Virus record (IMG/VR): IMGVR_UViG_3300021479_000013
Coordinates: 18,400-82,399 of that record
DNA: 64,000 bases
Strand: one strand, 5' to 3'
Origin: a virus
Every line of letters begins with the position of its first letter. The stretch's first letter is position 1. A program made the translations under genes and the position numbers. Below the pieces are notes generated by a model, which was given only the letters and a program-made list of their open reading frames with translations, did not search any database and was not told where the DNA came from. Below, one piece after another: positions 25,481 through 33,220 of the stretch.

Positions 25481-25757
25481 GAGCTAATTTGAAGTGATAT
25501 CAGTCCGTTTGACCAAGTGATATCACTTGTCAGGCCAAGTACGCGATAGGATTGTGTCATAGGTGTCATAAAACAGCCTTTTTCCTCTTAACTTGTTTAC
25601 TATGAACATATTAGAAGCATTTTTAGGCTAAAATCGCAATGCCCTACCTCTGCATCGAGAAATTGAAGTGATATCACTCTCGTGTGGGTCAGGCTTCTAG
25701 TATCTTATTAGACACAAAAAATGGTTCATAGATAGATACAAGAGCAAGTGATATCAC
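25464..25757. repeat. Five copies of the palindrome GTGATATCAC
   Basis: At 25464, 25494 (one mismatch), 25517, 25668 and 25748. Confidence 0.9.
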
Positions 25758-26343
25758 TCTGTTTTCGCGAGCCTGAGGCCGCCCCGCATTTTCGTATGAC
25801 ACCATTCTGTTAAGAGCTTTGTTATCTAAGGCCCCAAGCCAAAAAAAGGTGTCATACAGGTAAAATGACACCACCGCGTGACAGCGCTTCGACCAAAGTG
25901 TCCGAAATATACGACACTCTTCGGACATAGACAATAAGTGTCAACTCACTGATGTCCTCGGGCTCGCAATTAGGCCGATGCCACCGCTTGTACATCCAAT
26001 GACCCAAAGTTCGTGACCTCGCCTGGTGACAGTTCAATAAGAACTAACCCAAAACAAACGCCTGGCAGCACCTTCAAGGTCAACAAAGCAAATGATTTAC
26101 AAGCACTGCCAACATATGGGCAGTAAGCCGAGATTGTCAGAAAATTCCTTTAAGCTCGATTTTCGCGCGATAAGCGCAATGTTTTCAACGATTTTCAGGT
26201 TCGGCCACACAAAAGCTTGCCCCAGCAAGCAAATGGCCAACATAAAAGGCTGTATTATCAACGAGTTAGCGATTCAAGCGCCACAATAGCGGTTTGGCGG
26301 ATAATAAACTATTAATGGCCACGTTGCAACGAAAGGACTTACA

Positions 26344-26616
26344 ATGTTCAAATGGTGGAATTTGTATTTCGTGCAGGAAGCCTCGACTGGCAACATAAAG
26401 ATCGGCATAGCGCGCAACCTGAAGCAACGATTGTACGAGCTTCAGACAGACAACTCTAACAAACTAAACCTGTTAGGGTCTGCAAGATTCAGCAGCGAGG
26501 TCGCCGTCCGCAAGACCGAGAAGCGATTGCACGCAACGTTTGCAACGCAACGAGTCAGAGGCGAATGGTTCAAGACCAGCGAGAGCCTGACGCTCATCGC
26601 GTGCTCAGCTTGCTAA
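26344..26616 (+). CDS. GIY-YIG / T5orf172-like protein
   Basis: LYFVQ...IKIGIA....RL..LQT.N...E..LH..F...R.RGEWF. Confidence 0.85.
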   Translation: MFKWWNLYFVQEASTGNIKIGIARNLKQRLYELQTDNSNKLNLLGSARFSSEVAVRKTEKRLHATFATQRVRGEWFKTSESLTLIACSAC

Positions 26617-26846
26617 CTCGAAGAAAATAAAAGACTTAGGTATTTTCTGTGTGCTGAGCATTTGTAGGACCCCCCGGGGACCTGGCATGCCGCAGTCGCC
26701 CCTAAGCCCCCTCGACTCACCGAATACGTATTCGTGGCAATACCCCGCGTACCATACGGATGTCACATGTTCTTTATACTCAATCACTTACGCCTACCGG
26801 GGGAGTCCGCCAGGGGGCTATCACCAGACCCACCCGTCGATTCTAC

Positions 26847-26875
26847 TTGACATGTGACATGGTATGTGATATGAT
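26847..26875 (+). promoter_or_regulatory. Strong rightward sigma70 promoter
   Basis: TTGACA-N17-TATGAT with extended TG. Confidence 0.8.
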
Positions 26876-26975
26876 CTTTGAAGTTTCATAAGTCTAGGAA
26901 CACTCTGGCCTGATCTCCGGAGTGCGTTGGGCGGTACTCGTAATACCGCCCGACCCCTTTTACGAGGAGGAAGTC

Positions 26976-27293
26976 ATGAGCATTCAAAAAGCAGGGGCCC
27001 CCGTCAATCCGTTCGACGTGCTGCTCCCAGGCGATATCGGTTACGTGGACCCCACAAAAAGCAGGGGCCCCCTAGTTGATGAAGAGGAGCCCGGCACTAA
27101 GGGGCCCCTTAGTCCAGAACACAAGCGGCGGCACAACGCCCGAGTCAAGATTGAACTAGGGGGCCCCCGTCGAGCCCGACTAGAGAAGCTGGCGAATTAC
27201 AAGGGATGCACCCTGACGGCGCTTATACGACTTTGCATCGACGAGCAGATTTCAGTAATGGAGTCTCTCTGGTTTAAAACACAATCCCCGTAG
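26976..27293 (+). CDS. Protein with a C-terminal RHH-like domain
   Basis: ATG 26976 with GAGGAGG RBS; RVKIEL....ARLEKLANYKGCTLTALIRLCIDE. Confidence 0.7.
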   Translation: MSIQKAGAPVNPFDVLLPGDIGYVDPTKSRGPLVDEEEPGTKGPLSPEHKRRHNARVKIELGGPRRARLEKLANYKGCTLTALIRLCIDEQISVMESLWFKTQSP

Positions 27294-27318
27294 AAAGTAC
27301 GGGACAAGGACACACCCA

Positions 27319-28032
27319 ATGGAAGTCAAACCACAATCGGTCGAGCAGTTCCTCGTCGAGCAGCTAGAGAAGGTCGCTCCGGGGAAGTATTCGTTCGCGA
27401 GCGCATTACAGTTTTTCAAGACTAGGCTCCGGTTTCCTTGTAACCACATCAAGGGCGGCGGTAGGCGCTCCTCCCTCATATCCGGAGGGAAAGACTACAA
27501 CATCAGCATCTTCACGTTCCCCACGGGCGTCACCGAGGTGAAGTGCCTTTACAACTGTGGTTTGAAGATTCGCACAGACGAGCCCTTGCTGGTCCACGCG
27601 TACAACGAGCTATACGACCTCCCGAGCACCAATAGCAAGGCGTCGGCAGAAGTAATTAAGCACACTAAGAACGGAAAAGTTATTCCTGTTGACCCAGGAC
27701 CAACGCCTGTGTACACAGATGAGTATCGTAAACGTATAAGGGAATCGAACGACCGTTTCTTAGATTACCTCGACCGAAGCAGACTGCGAGGGCGTATCAA
27801 GCCTGATGAAAAGATTCTCGGAGGAACATTTCCTCATCCGGACCCGGTTGAAGCACCTGACTCGATTATTAAACGAACCGTGCTTCAAGCGTTTAAGAAG
27901 GCGAAAAGAAATCCGCCGATACACACCGCTCTGGCCGTTTTCCAAGACAGCATCCCGGCGCTAGAGCCAGTTAAAGTGAAAACCAAGATTCGCAAGGCCC
28001 GTAAGACCCAATCCCGCAAACGCGGAAAGTAA
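27319..28032 (+). CDS. Hypothetical protein with a CxH.KGG...C..C zinc motif
   Basis: Long ORF with AAGGA RBS; motif shared with 46306..46863. Confidence 0.7.
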   Translation: MEVKPQSVEQFLVEQLEKVAPGKYSFASALQFFKTRLRFPCNHIKGGGRRSSLISGGKDYNISIFTFPTGVTEVKCLYNCGLKIRTDEPLLVHAYNELYDLPSTNSKASAEVIKHTKNGKVIPVDPGPTPVYTDEYRKRIRESNDRFLDYLDRSRLRGRIKPDEKILGGTFPHPDPVEAPDSIIKRTVLQAFKKAKRNPPIHTALAVFQDSIPALEPVKVKTKIRKARKTQSRKRGK

Positions 28033-28043
28033 AGGACTACCCA

Positions 28044-28820
28044 ATGAAAACGAAAAAGCACACAGATAACATGCCAGGACTGACATCCTCCGAGCAGGCC
28101 GACTTGAACAGCGACCTCCTGCGCCGTACCGAGAAGTCCTTAGACCTCCTGGCGAATCTCCAAGACAGAATCAGCCTGGTCTCATCCGAAACAGCTGACC
28201 TCGTCGAGAACTCTCGCCTCGAAGCATACGCTAACGTCTCGAACCTCCAAGAGATGACGCAGCAAGCGTTCGCCGCCGTCTCGAAAGACGTCGACACCAT
28301 TTCAGAGCGTCTCACCGCATTAGAGAACGCGCCTGTCGCGACCAGCCCGGCCCCCGAGTTCGACCACACATGGGTCAACCGTAAGCTGTCCGGCGTCTAC
28401 GAGTACATCGAAGAGTTGGAAGAGAAGATCGCAAGGCTCACCGACCACGTTAACCGCGAAATCGGCGTGGCCCAAGAAGTTCCTTTGTGCCAACGCATAG
28501 ACTTCGATTACGGAATCCAAGACCCTAAGGTTGACAAGGAATTTAAATTTAAATTTCTGAGTGAGCCATCACGGCCTAAGAATCCGCCGACCACCAGCTA
28601 CATGGGATTCAACGTCCGCTTCAAAGACAACCGCCTGCTGCTAGAGAACGCTGACGAGTTCGAGTTCTTCGTGATCGGAGACCCTTATACCCGTATCACC
28701 GAGCTGGAGAACAAGTGCTTCGGCCTGGTGATATACACGGAAAACAAAGACCAGTACGTCTTGTGCGGCGGCCCCCAGCTTGTCACCATGTTCGTTCAGT
28801 TCTTGGGACCCTGCTCGTGA
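28044..28820 (+). CDS. Coiled-coil hypothetical protein
   Basis: Heptad-rich N-terminal half; AAGGA RBS. Confidence 0.7.
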   Translation: MKTKKHTDNMPGLTSSEQADLNSDLLRRTEKSLDLLANLQDRISLVSSETADLVENSRLEAYANVSNLQEMTQQAFAAVSKDVDTISERLTALENAPVATSPAPEFDHTWVNRKLSGVYEYIEELEEKIARLTDHVNREIGVAQEVPLCQRIDFDYGIQDPKVDKEFKFKFLSEPSRPKNPPTTSYMGFNVRFKDNRLLLENADEFEFFVIGDPYTRITELENKCFGLVIYTENKDQYVLCGGPQLVTMFVQFLGPCS

Positions 28821-29137
28821 GCCGCAAGTCCGTCACGATTCTCGGCGTCAAGATTCCTTTGGCCAATATCATCTCGACACCAAAGTTGACAGAAGCTTGG
28901 ATAGGGTCGCCCTTTCTTCGCCGTCGCAACGACTGGGTGGCGGTCGCCCCATCCACCCCTTCGAAAGAGTACGGGTCATCGTCTGGCACTTATCTAGGCG
29001 GCTATTATGATTATTGCACCTTCTCCACGTTCGCAGTCGATAACAAGTTCGACGACAGGATTTTAACGGCAGCAAAAGAACAAGCCGATGAATACGTTCG
29101 ACGACTCAACAAGTTAGTTCAGGGCGAGTATGTCTAA
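28817..29137 (+). CDS. Hypothetical protein
   Basis: GTGA overlap start. Confidence 0.55.
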   Translation: MSRKSVTILGVKIPLANIISTPKLTEAWIGSPFLRRRNDWVAVAPSTPSKEYGSSSGTYLGGYYDYCTFSTFAVDNKFDDRILTAAKEQADEYVRRLNKLVQGEYV

Positions 29138-29312
29138 GAAAAATATTACGTCGAAAGAGAAAATCGATAACAACACGATTCACGTGACATTCGAGAACCC
29201 AGACGGCACACGCAAGTATGAATTTCGTGGAGCCTCAATGCGCGCCATCCAGCGCGGCAAAGACCCGGCCACTCTAAGTGGTGGTAGATTAGTGGAGCAC
29301 AAAAAGTCATGA
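29130..29312 (+). CDS. Hypothetical protein
   Basis: Packed ORF. Confidence 0.6.
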   Translation: MSKKNITSKEKIDNNTIHVTFENPDGTRKYEFRGASMRAIQRGKDPATLSGGRLVEHKKS

Positions 29313-29665
29313 GCAAAAGCATAGCCCCAGGCGGCAGCGACACGTTCGAGCACGGTGCGGACGGAGACCCGGAAGACTACACCCCCACGTATTACGGCAA
29401 AAAGAAACTGGAGAAGCACAGCCCCTCGTACTCGGTTTATTACAAGCCAGCGACAGAGGCCGCAGCAGGCGGCTCCGGTGAGAACCAGAACGAAGTAGGC
29501 GGACAGAGCTACCCCGGGCGCAAGACCCCTCAGGCCCAAGCGGTTACTACGGCCACAGAACAGTCCGGCTCCACGGTGCGCCAAGGCCAGAAACAGACCG
29601 GCCTGAACCGTTACCCGATAAACGAACACGAAGAGAAAGCGAAACACACAGGTCCGAACAACTAG
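29309..29665 (+). CDS. Hydrophilic, probably disordered protein
   Basis: Shares YPGRxTPxAxxVT with 29884..30171. Confidence 0.65.
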   Translation: MSKSIAPGGSDTFEHGADGDPEDYTPTYYGKKKLEKHSPSYSVYYKPATEAAAGGSGENQNEVGGQSYPGRKTPQAQAVTTATEQSGSTVRQGQKQTGLNRYPINEHEEKAKHTGPNN

Positions 29666-29680
29666 TTCAAAGGAATAACA

Positions 29681-29866
29681 ATGTTCACATTCTCCGCAAT
29701 CACAATCGTAGTCTCCGCTCTGCTAGGCTTTGCAGGCGGGCGAGTTCATCACCCAGCAAATTTGAAGGTCGCGGCCATCAAGGCCGAGATCGCAAAGATC
29801 GAAACAGAAGTTAAGGCATACGTGATCGCCAGCGCGATTGTCGTTCGCCTTAAAAAACTCCTTTAA
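29681..29866 (+). CDS. Small membrane protein
   Basis: N-terminal TM segment; AAGGA RBS. Confidence 0.6.
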   Translation: MFTFSAITIVVSALLGFAGGRVHHPANLKVAAIKAEIAKIETEVKAYVIASAIVVRLKKLL

Positions 29867-29883
29867 TTCACGAGGTAACTTTC

Positions 29884-30171
29884 ATGTCGTCAGCAAACAC
29901 CACAGCAGCATCTAGCGCGCACGCGCCAGAGAAGTGCATGTCCAGCGAACAGCCGCACGCCCACAAGTACCCGGGCCGCGCGACACCGAAGGCCGAGAAG
30001 GTCACCGACGCGTCTCACGACGCAGCGGCGCTTAAGACAGGTCGGTCCTTATCGATGGGCGTCTCGGCAGACGGCTCACACAAGGGCATCCCGACGAGCA
30101 TGGAAGAGGTTGGCCGTCACACGACGCAGCCCGCCACGCCCAAGTTCGCGCACAAGTACCCCGGAGTCTAG
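29884..30171 (+). CDS. Hydrophilic, probably disordered protein with two AHKYPG repeats
   Basis: GAGGT RBS. Confidence 0.65.
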   Translation: MSSANTTAASSAHAPEKCMSSEQPHAHKYPGRATPKAEKVTDASHDAAALKTGRSLSMGVSADGSHKGIPTSMEEVGRHTTQPATPKFAHKYPGV

Positions 30172-30235
30172 GGCTTAAAAGAGTTTAAAGATTTCCCTTG
30201 ACAACAAGGGGAAACTGTGGTAGGATGGTATCACG

Positions 30236-30421
30236 ATGAAGACATACGAAAGAGAGATGTGGATTCCGTCTAAAAACGGCGTCGGTATCCCTCCGAAGTT
30301 TTTATCATGTCCAGAGTGCGGGGGCACTATGCGACCACGCCCAGGCCACAGATATGTTTGCCAAGAATGTGAAACAGAAACAACGTTAGACATGACACCG
30401 CTCGATCACAAAAAGAGGTGA
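30236..30421 (+). CDS. Zinc-ribbon protein with its own promoter
   Basis: CPECGG...CQEC; upstream TTGACA-N17-TAGGAT. Confidence 0.6.
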   Translation: MKTYEREMWIPSKNGVGIPPKFLSCPECGGTMRPRPGHRYVCQECETETTLDMTPLDHKKR

Positions 30422-30798
30422 CTATGACCACGTATCAGCAATCTAACTTGCCTTTTGTCGGTAACGCAGCACAGAGATACCCCATTAAAGACCTCTCGCA
30501 GTTCGTTTGCAGGGGGCTGTACTTCAACGATGACAACATCGAGTTCTTCATGCAAGGCGCTGGCAAGGTTCTGTTTTCACAAAGCACCCCGGCGCTGGTA
30601 GCTCCCGGAACACTGACTGTCACAGGCTTCACCCTGCCACAGCAGTCGACTCCCGGAACGTTCGCGTTCGACTGGTCTGTTAAGGACTCAGACGGCGTAG
30701 TGCTGGCCACCGGTTCGTGTGCAGGCACCTGGATGCAGTTCGCCTTCGGCGGATACTATCATCCTAAGCTGTTGACGAACTCTTTGACCGTCAACTAA
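30418..30798 (+). CDS. Beta-rich hypothetical protein
   Basis: GAGGTG RBS (likely start ATG 30424). Confidence 0.65.
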   Translation: MTMTTYQQSNLPFVGNAAQRYPIKDLSQFVCRGLYFNDDNIEFFMQGAGKVLFSQSTPALVAPGTLTVTGFTLPQQSTPGTFAFDWSVKDSDGVVLATGSCAGTWMQFAFGGYYHPKLLTNSLTVN

Positions 30799-30806
30799 AT
30801 CAATCC

Positions 30807-31021
30807 CGCCTGTCAGGGCAGTCGTCTAGGACGCAGTACTGACCATCTGCCCCGTATGGCCGTGAGGCGACGGGCGCAAATTTACAGGGCGGCAGGAGCA
30901 TCACTGTGCCGTCCTCAATTTTCTAACCGAGCCGACTTGTCTGTCGGATAAGACACTCGGGGCAGAGCACCCACGGGCCTAGTCGCCGCAAGGCGGGTAA
31001 AGGTTGCTCTTCGAAAGGCCC
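30807..31021 (+). ncRNA. Putative structured small RNAs upstream of tRNA-Asn
   Basis: Three-way junction, hairpin and two pseudoknot-capable units separated by AAUUU-type linkers. Confidence 0.5.
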
Positions 31022-31039
31022 AAACTTTCTGCCCATCGC

Positions 31040-31124
31040 TGGGCTGTGGCTCAACTGGTACAGCAGGTGACTGTTAATCACCCAGTGCGAAAGCACATTA
31101 CAGGTTCGAATCCTGTTGGCCCAG
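31040..31124 (+). tRNA. tRNA-Asn(GUU) with an atypical long variable arm
   Basis: Acceptor TGGGCTG/TGGCCCA with G73; anticodon arm GGTGA-CTGTTAA-TCACC; V-arm GTGC-GAAA-GCAC; T-arm ACAGG-TTCGAAT-CCTGT; followed by CAA, not CCA. Confidence 0.85.
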
Positions 31125-31126
31125 CA

Positions 31127-31521
31127 ATGAGCAGAACAATTTTAGAGACTGGTGCTGCCGGACTAGAAGGACGTTATCCGGGCGAGTCTCTGAAGGCGTT
31201 GTACAACAGAGAGAACAAAAAATCCCAGGGTAGCTCCCGTGGGCCTGTATCCTCGCTAGGATAAGTTCTCTCGCTCATCAAAAATGAGCCAAGCGCGTAG
31301 GGACCGCGCGCTGATTAAATAGTCCCTCAATTTTGTAGTTTGGGAAGTAGGCGTCAGGTATAAAGGCATAACCCGAGCGCCCTCGACAACCCAAACGTGT
31401 CTACGATTTCGGGGCCAGTGTGCAGCGTAAGCTGGCAGCGTGAGCCGATTAGCGACTCGTAGCCCCGACCTCTTTACCCTTATAGTACCCGTTAACCAGC
31501 TTAACGACCACTATAAGGGTA
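31127..31521 (+). ncRNA. Putative structured small RNAs downstream of tRNA-Asn
   Basis: Several closed multi-stem units, an H-type pseudoknot and a 12-bp perfect hairpin. Confidence 0.5.
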
Positions 31522-31540
31522 CATAAGTTCAGGAGCAACG

Positions 31541-31627
31541 ATGTCAATCATATTTGAATTGATCGGAGGCGTGCTGTTTTTTATCTTGCTCGCCTCGTGG
31601 CTCTTCAAGTCGCCTAAGGGCGAATAA
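31541..31627 (+). CDS. 28-aa membrane peptide
   Basis: MSIIFELIGGVLFFILLASWLFKSPKGE with AGGAG RBS. Confidence 0.6.
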   Translation: MSIIFELIGGVLFFILLASWLFKSPKGE

Positions 31628-31810
31628 ATTTTTCACTCCCGGTAAATCTATAAGTCGGAACTGAGAAGCCGAGCCGGGACAATTTTTACCGTTCTCTGGA
31701 TAGTCCCGACTTCACAGTCTGCTGGAATACCAGTCATGAGGGAGAACAATTGAACACCCACGGCGGGTCTAGAAAACCTGTTTAACGTGGTGGAGTTCTT
31801 TAAAATTTCT

Positions 31811-31884
31811 GGGCTGTTAGTTAAGCGGGATAACGGTTGCCTTGCACGCATCAGTCAGGAGTTCGATTCTCCTACGGTCCACCA
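31811..31884 (+). tRNA. tRNA-Ala(UGC)
   Basis: GGGCTGT/ACGGTCC acceptor with G3:U70, anticodon loop CTTGCAC, TTCGATT T-loop, ACCA end. Confidence 0.92.
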
Positions 31885-31901
31885 ATTTGACTCGGTGACA
31901 T

Positions 31902-32144
31902 ATGACGATATCAGACGCAGCCTCAATCGCAGCACTGGTAGTCGATCTAGTCGCCTTGTATTTTCTAATCGGCATTTGGAAGGACGACAGGGCTATGCGG
32001 GTCGCAGCAGAGGAATCCCTGCAAGTACAAAAAGATTATCTAGGAATGCGGCGTAAGTGGTATGAAGGCCGCACAAAGAAAAAGGACGAAAAGAATGTCG
32101 CTCAGCTTAGACCAACGGATGGCGTTGACGCGGACAATCTGTAA
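31902..32144 (+). CDS. Small membrane protein
   Basis: N-terminal TM segment followed by a charged tail. Confidence 0.55.
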   Translation: MTISDAASIAALVVDLVALYFLIGIWKDDRAMRVAAEESLQVQKDYLGMRRKWYEGRTKKKDEKNVAQLRPTDGVDADNL

Positions 32145-32234
32145 TATCGTCGGGGTCATCATCTCAATCGTGTACGTGATATGGGTGATGAGCAAGTAAA
32201 ATTTAAACGACTTTAAACGAGTTTAGGAGAACAA

Positions 32235-32582
32235 ATGTTTACACCTCCAGCAGGCACATGGACCACGGGACAGACGGCTATCCTGGCAGCACTAGTTCTC
32301 ACCACGCTCGTAGCAGTGTTAGGCGACGCGTATACCACGATGGCAGGATTGGCTAAAGGCCTCGCGGAAGGTAACCCGGTCATGAAGTTTTTCTTCTCTA
32401 AGATCGGTCAGTCGCTGACGGCATTCCTCTCAGCGGTCGCGGTACTGGCATTCGGAACTGTCGTCGCGGCGCACAGCCTCGGCGCGGCTTACGTGTTCTT
32501 CGGCGGCGTCACAATCGCAGAAGGCATCGTAACCCTTCGCAACTATTTGAAGCTGAAGGCAGCAAAGATTTCTTTGAAATAA
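32235..32582 (+). CDS. Multi-TM membrane protein (DUF5658-like)
   Basis: D..TT..GL..G..E.NP motif; three TM segments. Confidence 0.65.
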   Translation: MFTPPAGTWTTGQTAILAALVLTTLVAVLGDAYTTMAGLAKGLAEGNPVMKFFFSKIGQSLTAFLSAVAVLAFGTVVAAHSLGAAYVFFGGVTIAEGIVTLRNYLKLKAAKISLK

Positions 32583-32591
32583 ATTTTCTAA

Positions 32592-32666
32592 GCCTTGATG
32601 ATCTAGCGGTCATGATGTCGCACTTGTAATGCGAACGCCGAGGTTCGACTCCTCGTCGAGGCCCCA
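32592..32666 (+). tRNA. tRNA-Thr(UGU)
   Basis: GCCTTGA/TCGAGGC acceptor, TCGCA-CTTGTAA-TGCGA anticodon arm, TTCGACT T-loop, CCA end. Confidence 0.92.
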
Positions 32667-32700
32667 AATATTATACGCACCTTAGATTCACGGAGATTTC

Positions 32701-33096
32701 ATGTCAGCACCAACACCTACAGCAATGTATTCGACGAACAGTTCGCAGTCCGGTCTAACCGTCGCGGCTGCGTTCCCCCAGAACACGACACAAGGCGTCG
32801 GCGGGCAGAACCTCGACCTCATCCAGATCGTCGGCCTCGGCGGCAGCATCCTCTTGAACGTAGACTTCAACGGCACCGTGCACAACCCGGCTGTCGCAGC
32901 TACCACTTCTGCAGGCGGAATCGGCCAGACGCGCGTCGGGCAGTTCCAGACCAATCTTTCCAGCACCGCGACGACAGCTCAGCTGTTCGCGAGCGCCTTT
33001 GCTAACCCGTCATTGCTTGACGTACTCCAGATCGTCAATGAAGGTGGTAATATACATTACAACCTGAATTACCTCGGAGTCGCGTCCGGGTCCTAA
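32701..33096 (+). CDS. Putative virion protein with an internal duplication
   Basis: Two copies of T.A..F......LD..QIV..GG.I..N....G. Confidence 0.65.
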   Translation: MSAPTPTAMYSTNSSQSGLTVAAAFPQNTTQGVGGQNLDLIQIVGLGGSILLNVDFNGTVHNPAVAATTSAGGIGQTRVGQFQTNLSSTATTAQLFASAFANPSLLDVLQIVNEGGNIHYNLNYLGVASGS

Positions 33097-33220
33097 TTTT
33101 TATCGGAGGCTTCATGTGGCAGCGTCTATGTTTTGGATGCCGCCGACTTCTTGAAAAGAAGAAGCCAGACGACATCGTAGTTTGCACCTGTGGTTGGATT
33201 TGGCATCTAGGAGATAGTAT

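Noticed and set aside
71-25492. Plus-strand ORFs in the left arm and most minus-strand ORFs in the right arm
   Set aside because: They are antisense shadows of well-supported genes, with no RBS or recognisable motifs.
25689-26289. Short ORFs in the divergent intergenic region
   Set aside because: No RBS or motifs, and they overlap palindrome arrays; more likely non-coding control DNA.
30961-31021. Hammerhead ribozyme (GAAA plus GGGCC/GGCCC stem)
   Set aside because: The required CUGANGA core is absent.
31004-31264. 86-aa ORF from the ORF track
   Set aside because: It overlaps tRNA-Asn and structured RNA and has no RBS.
31280-31470. tmRNA, pistol ribozyme, SAM-II/preQ1 riboswitch or a fourth tRNA
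   Set aside because: Resemblance is superficial. There is no T-loop or CCA for the GGGGC/GCCCC unit, no tag ORF, and the remaining pistol or riboswitch core elements were not found.
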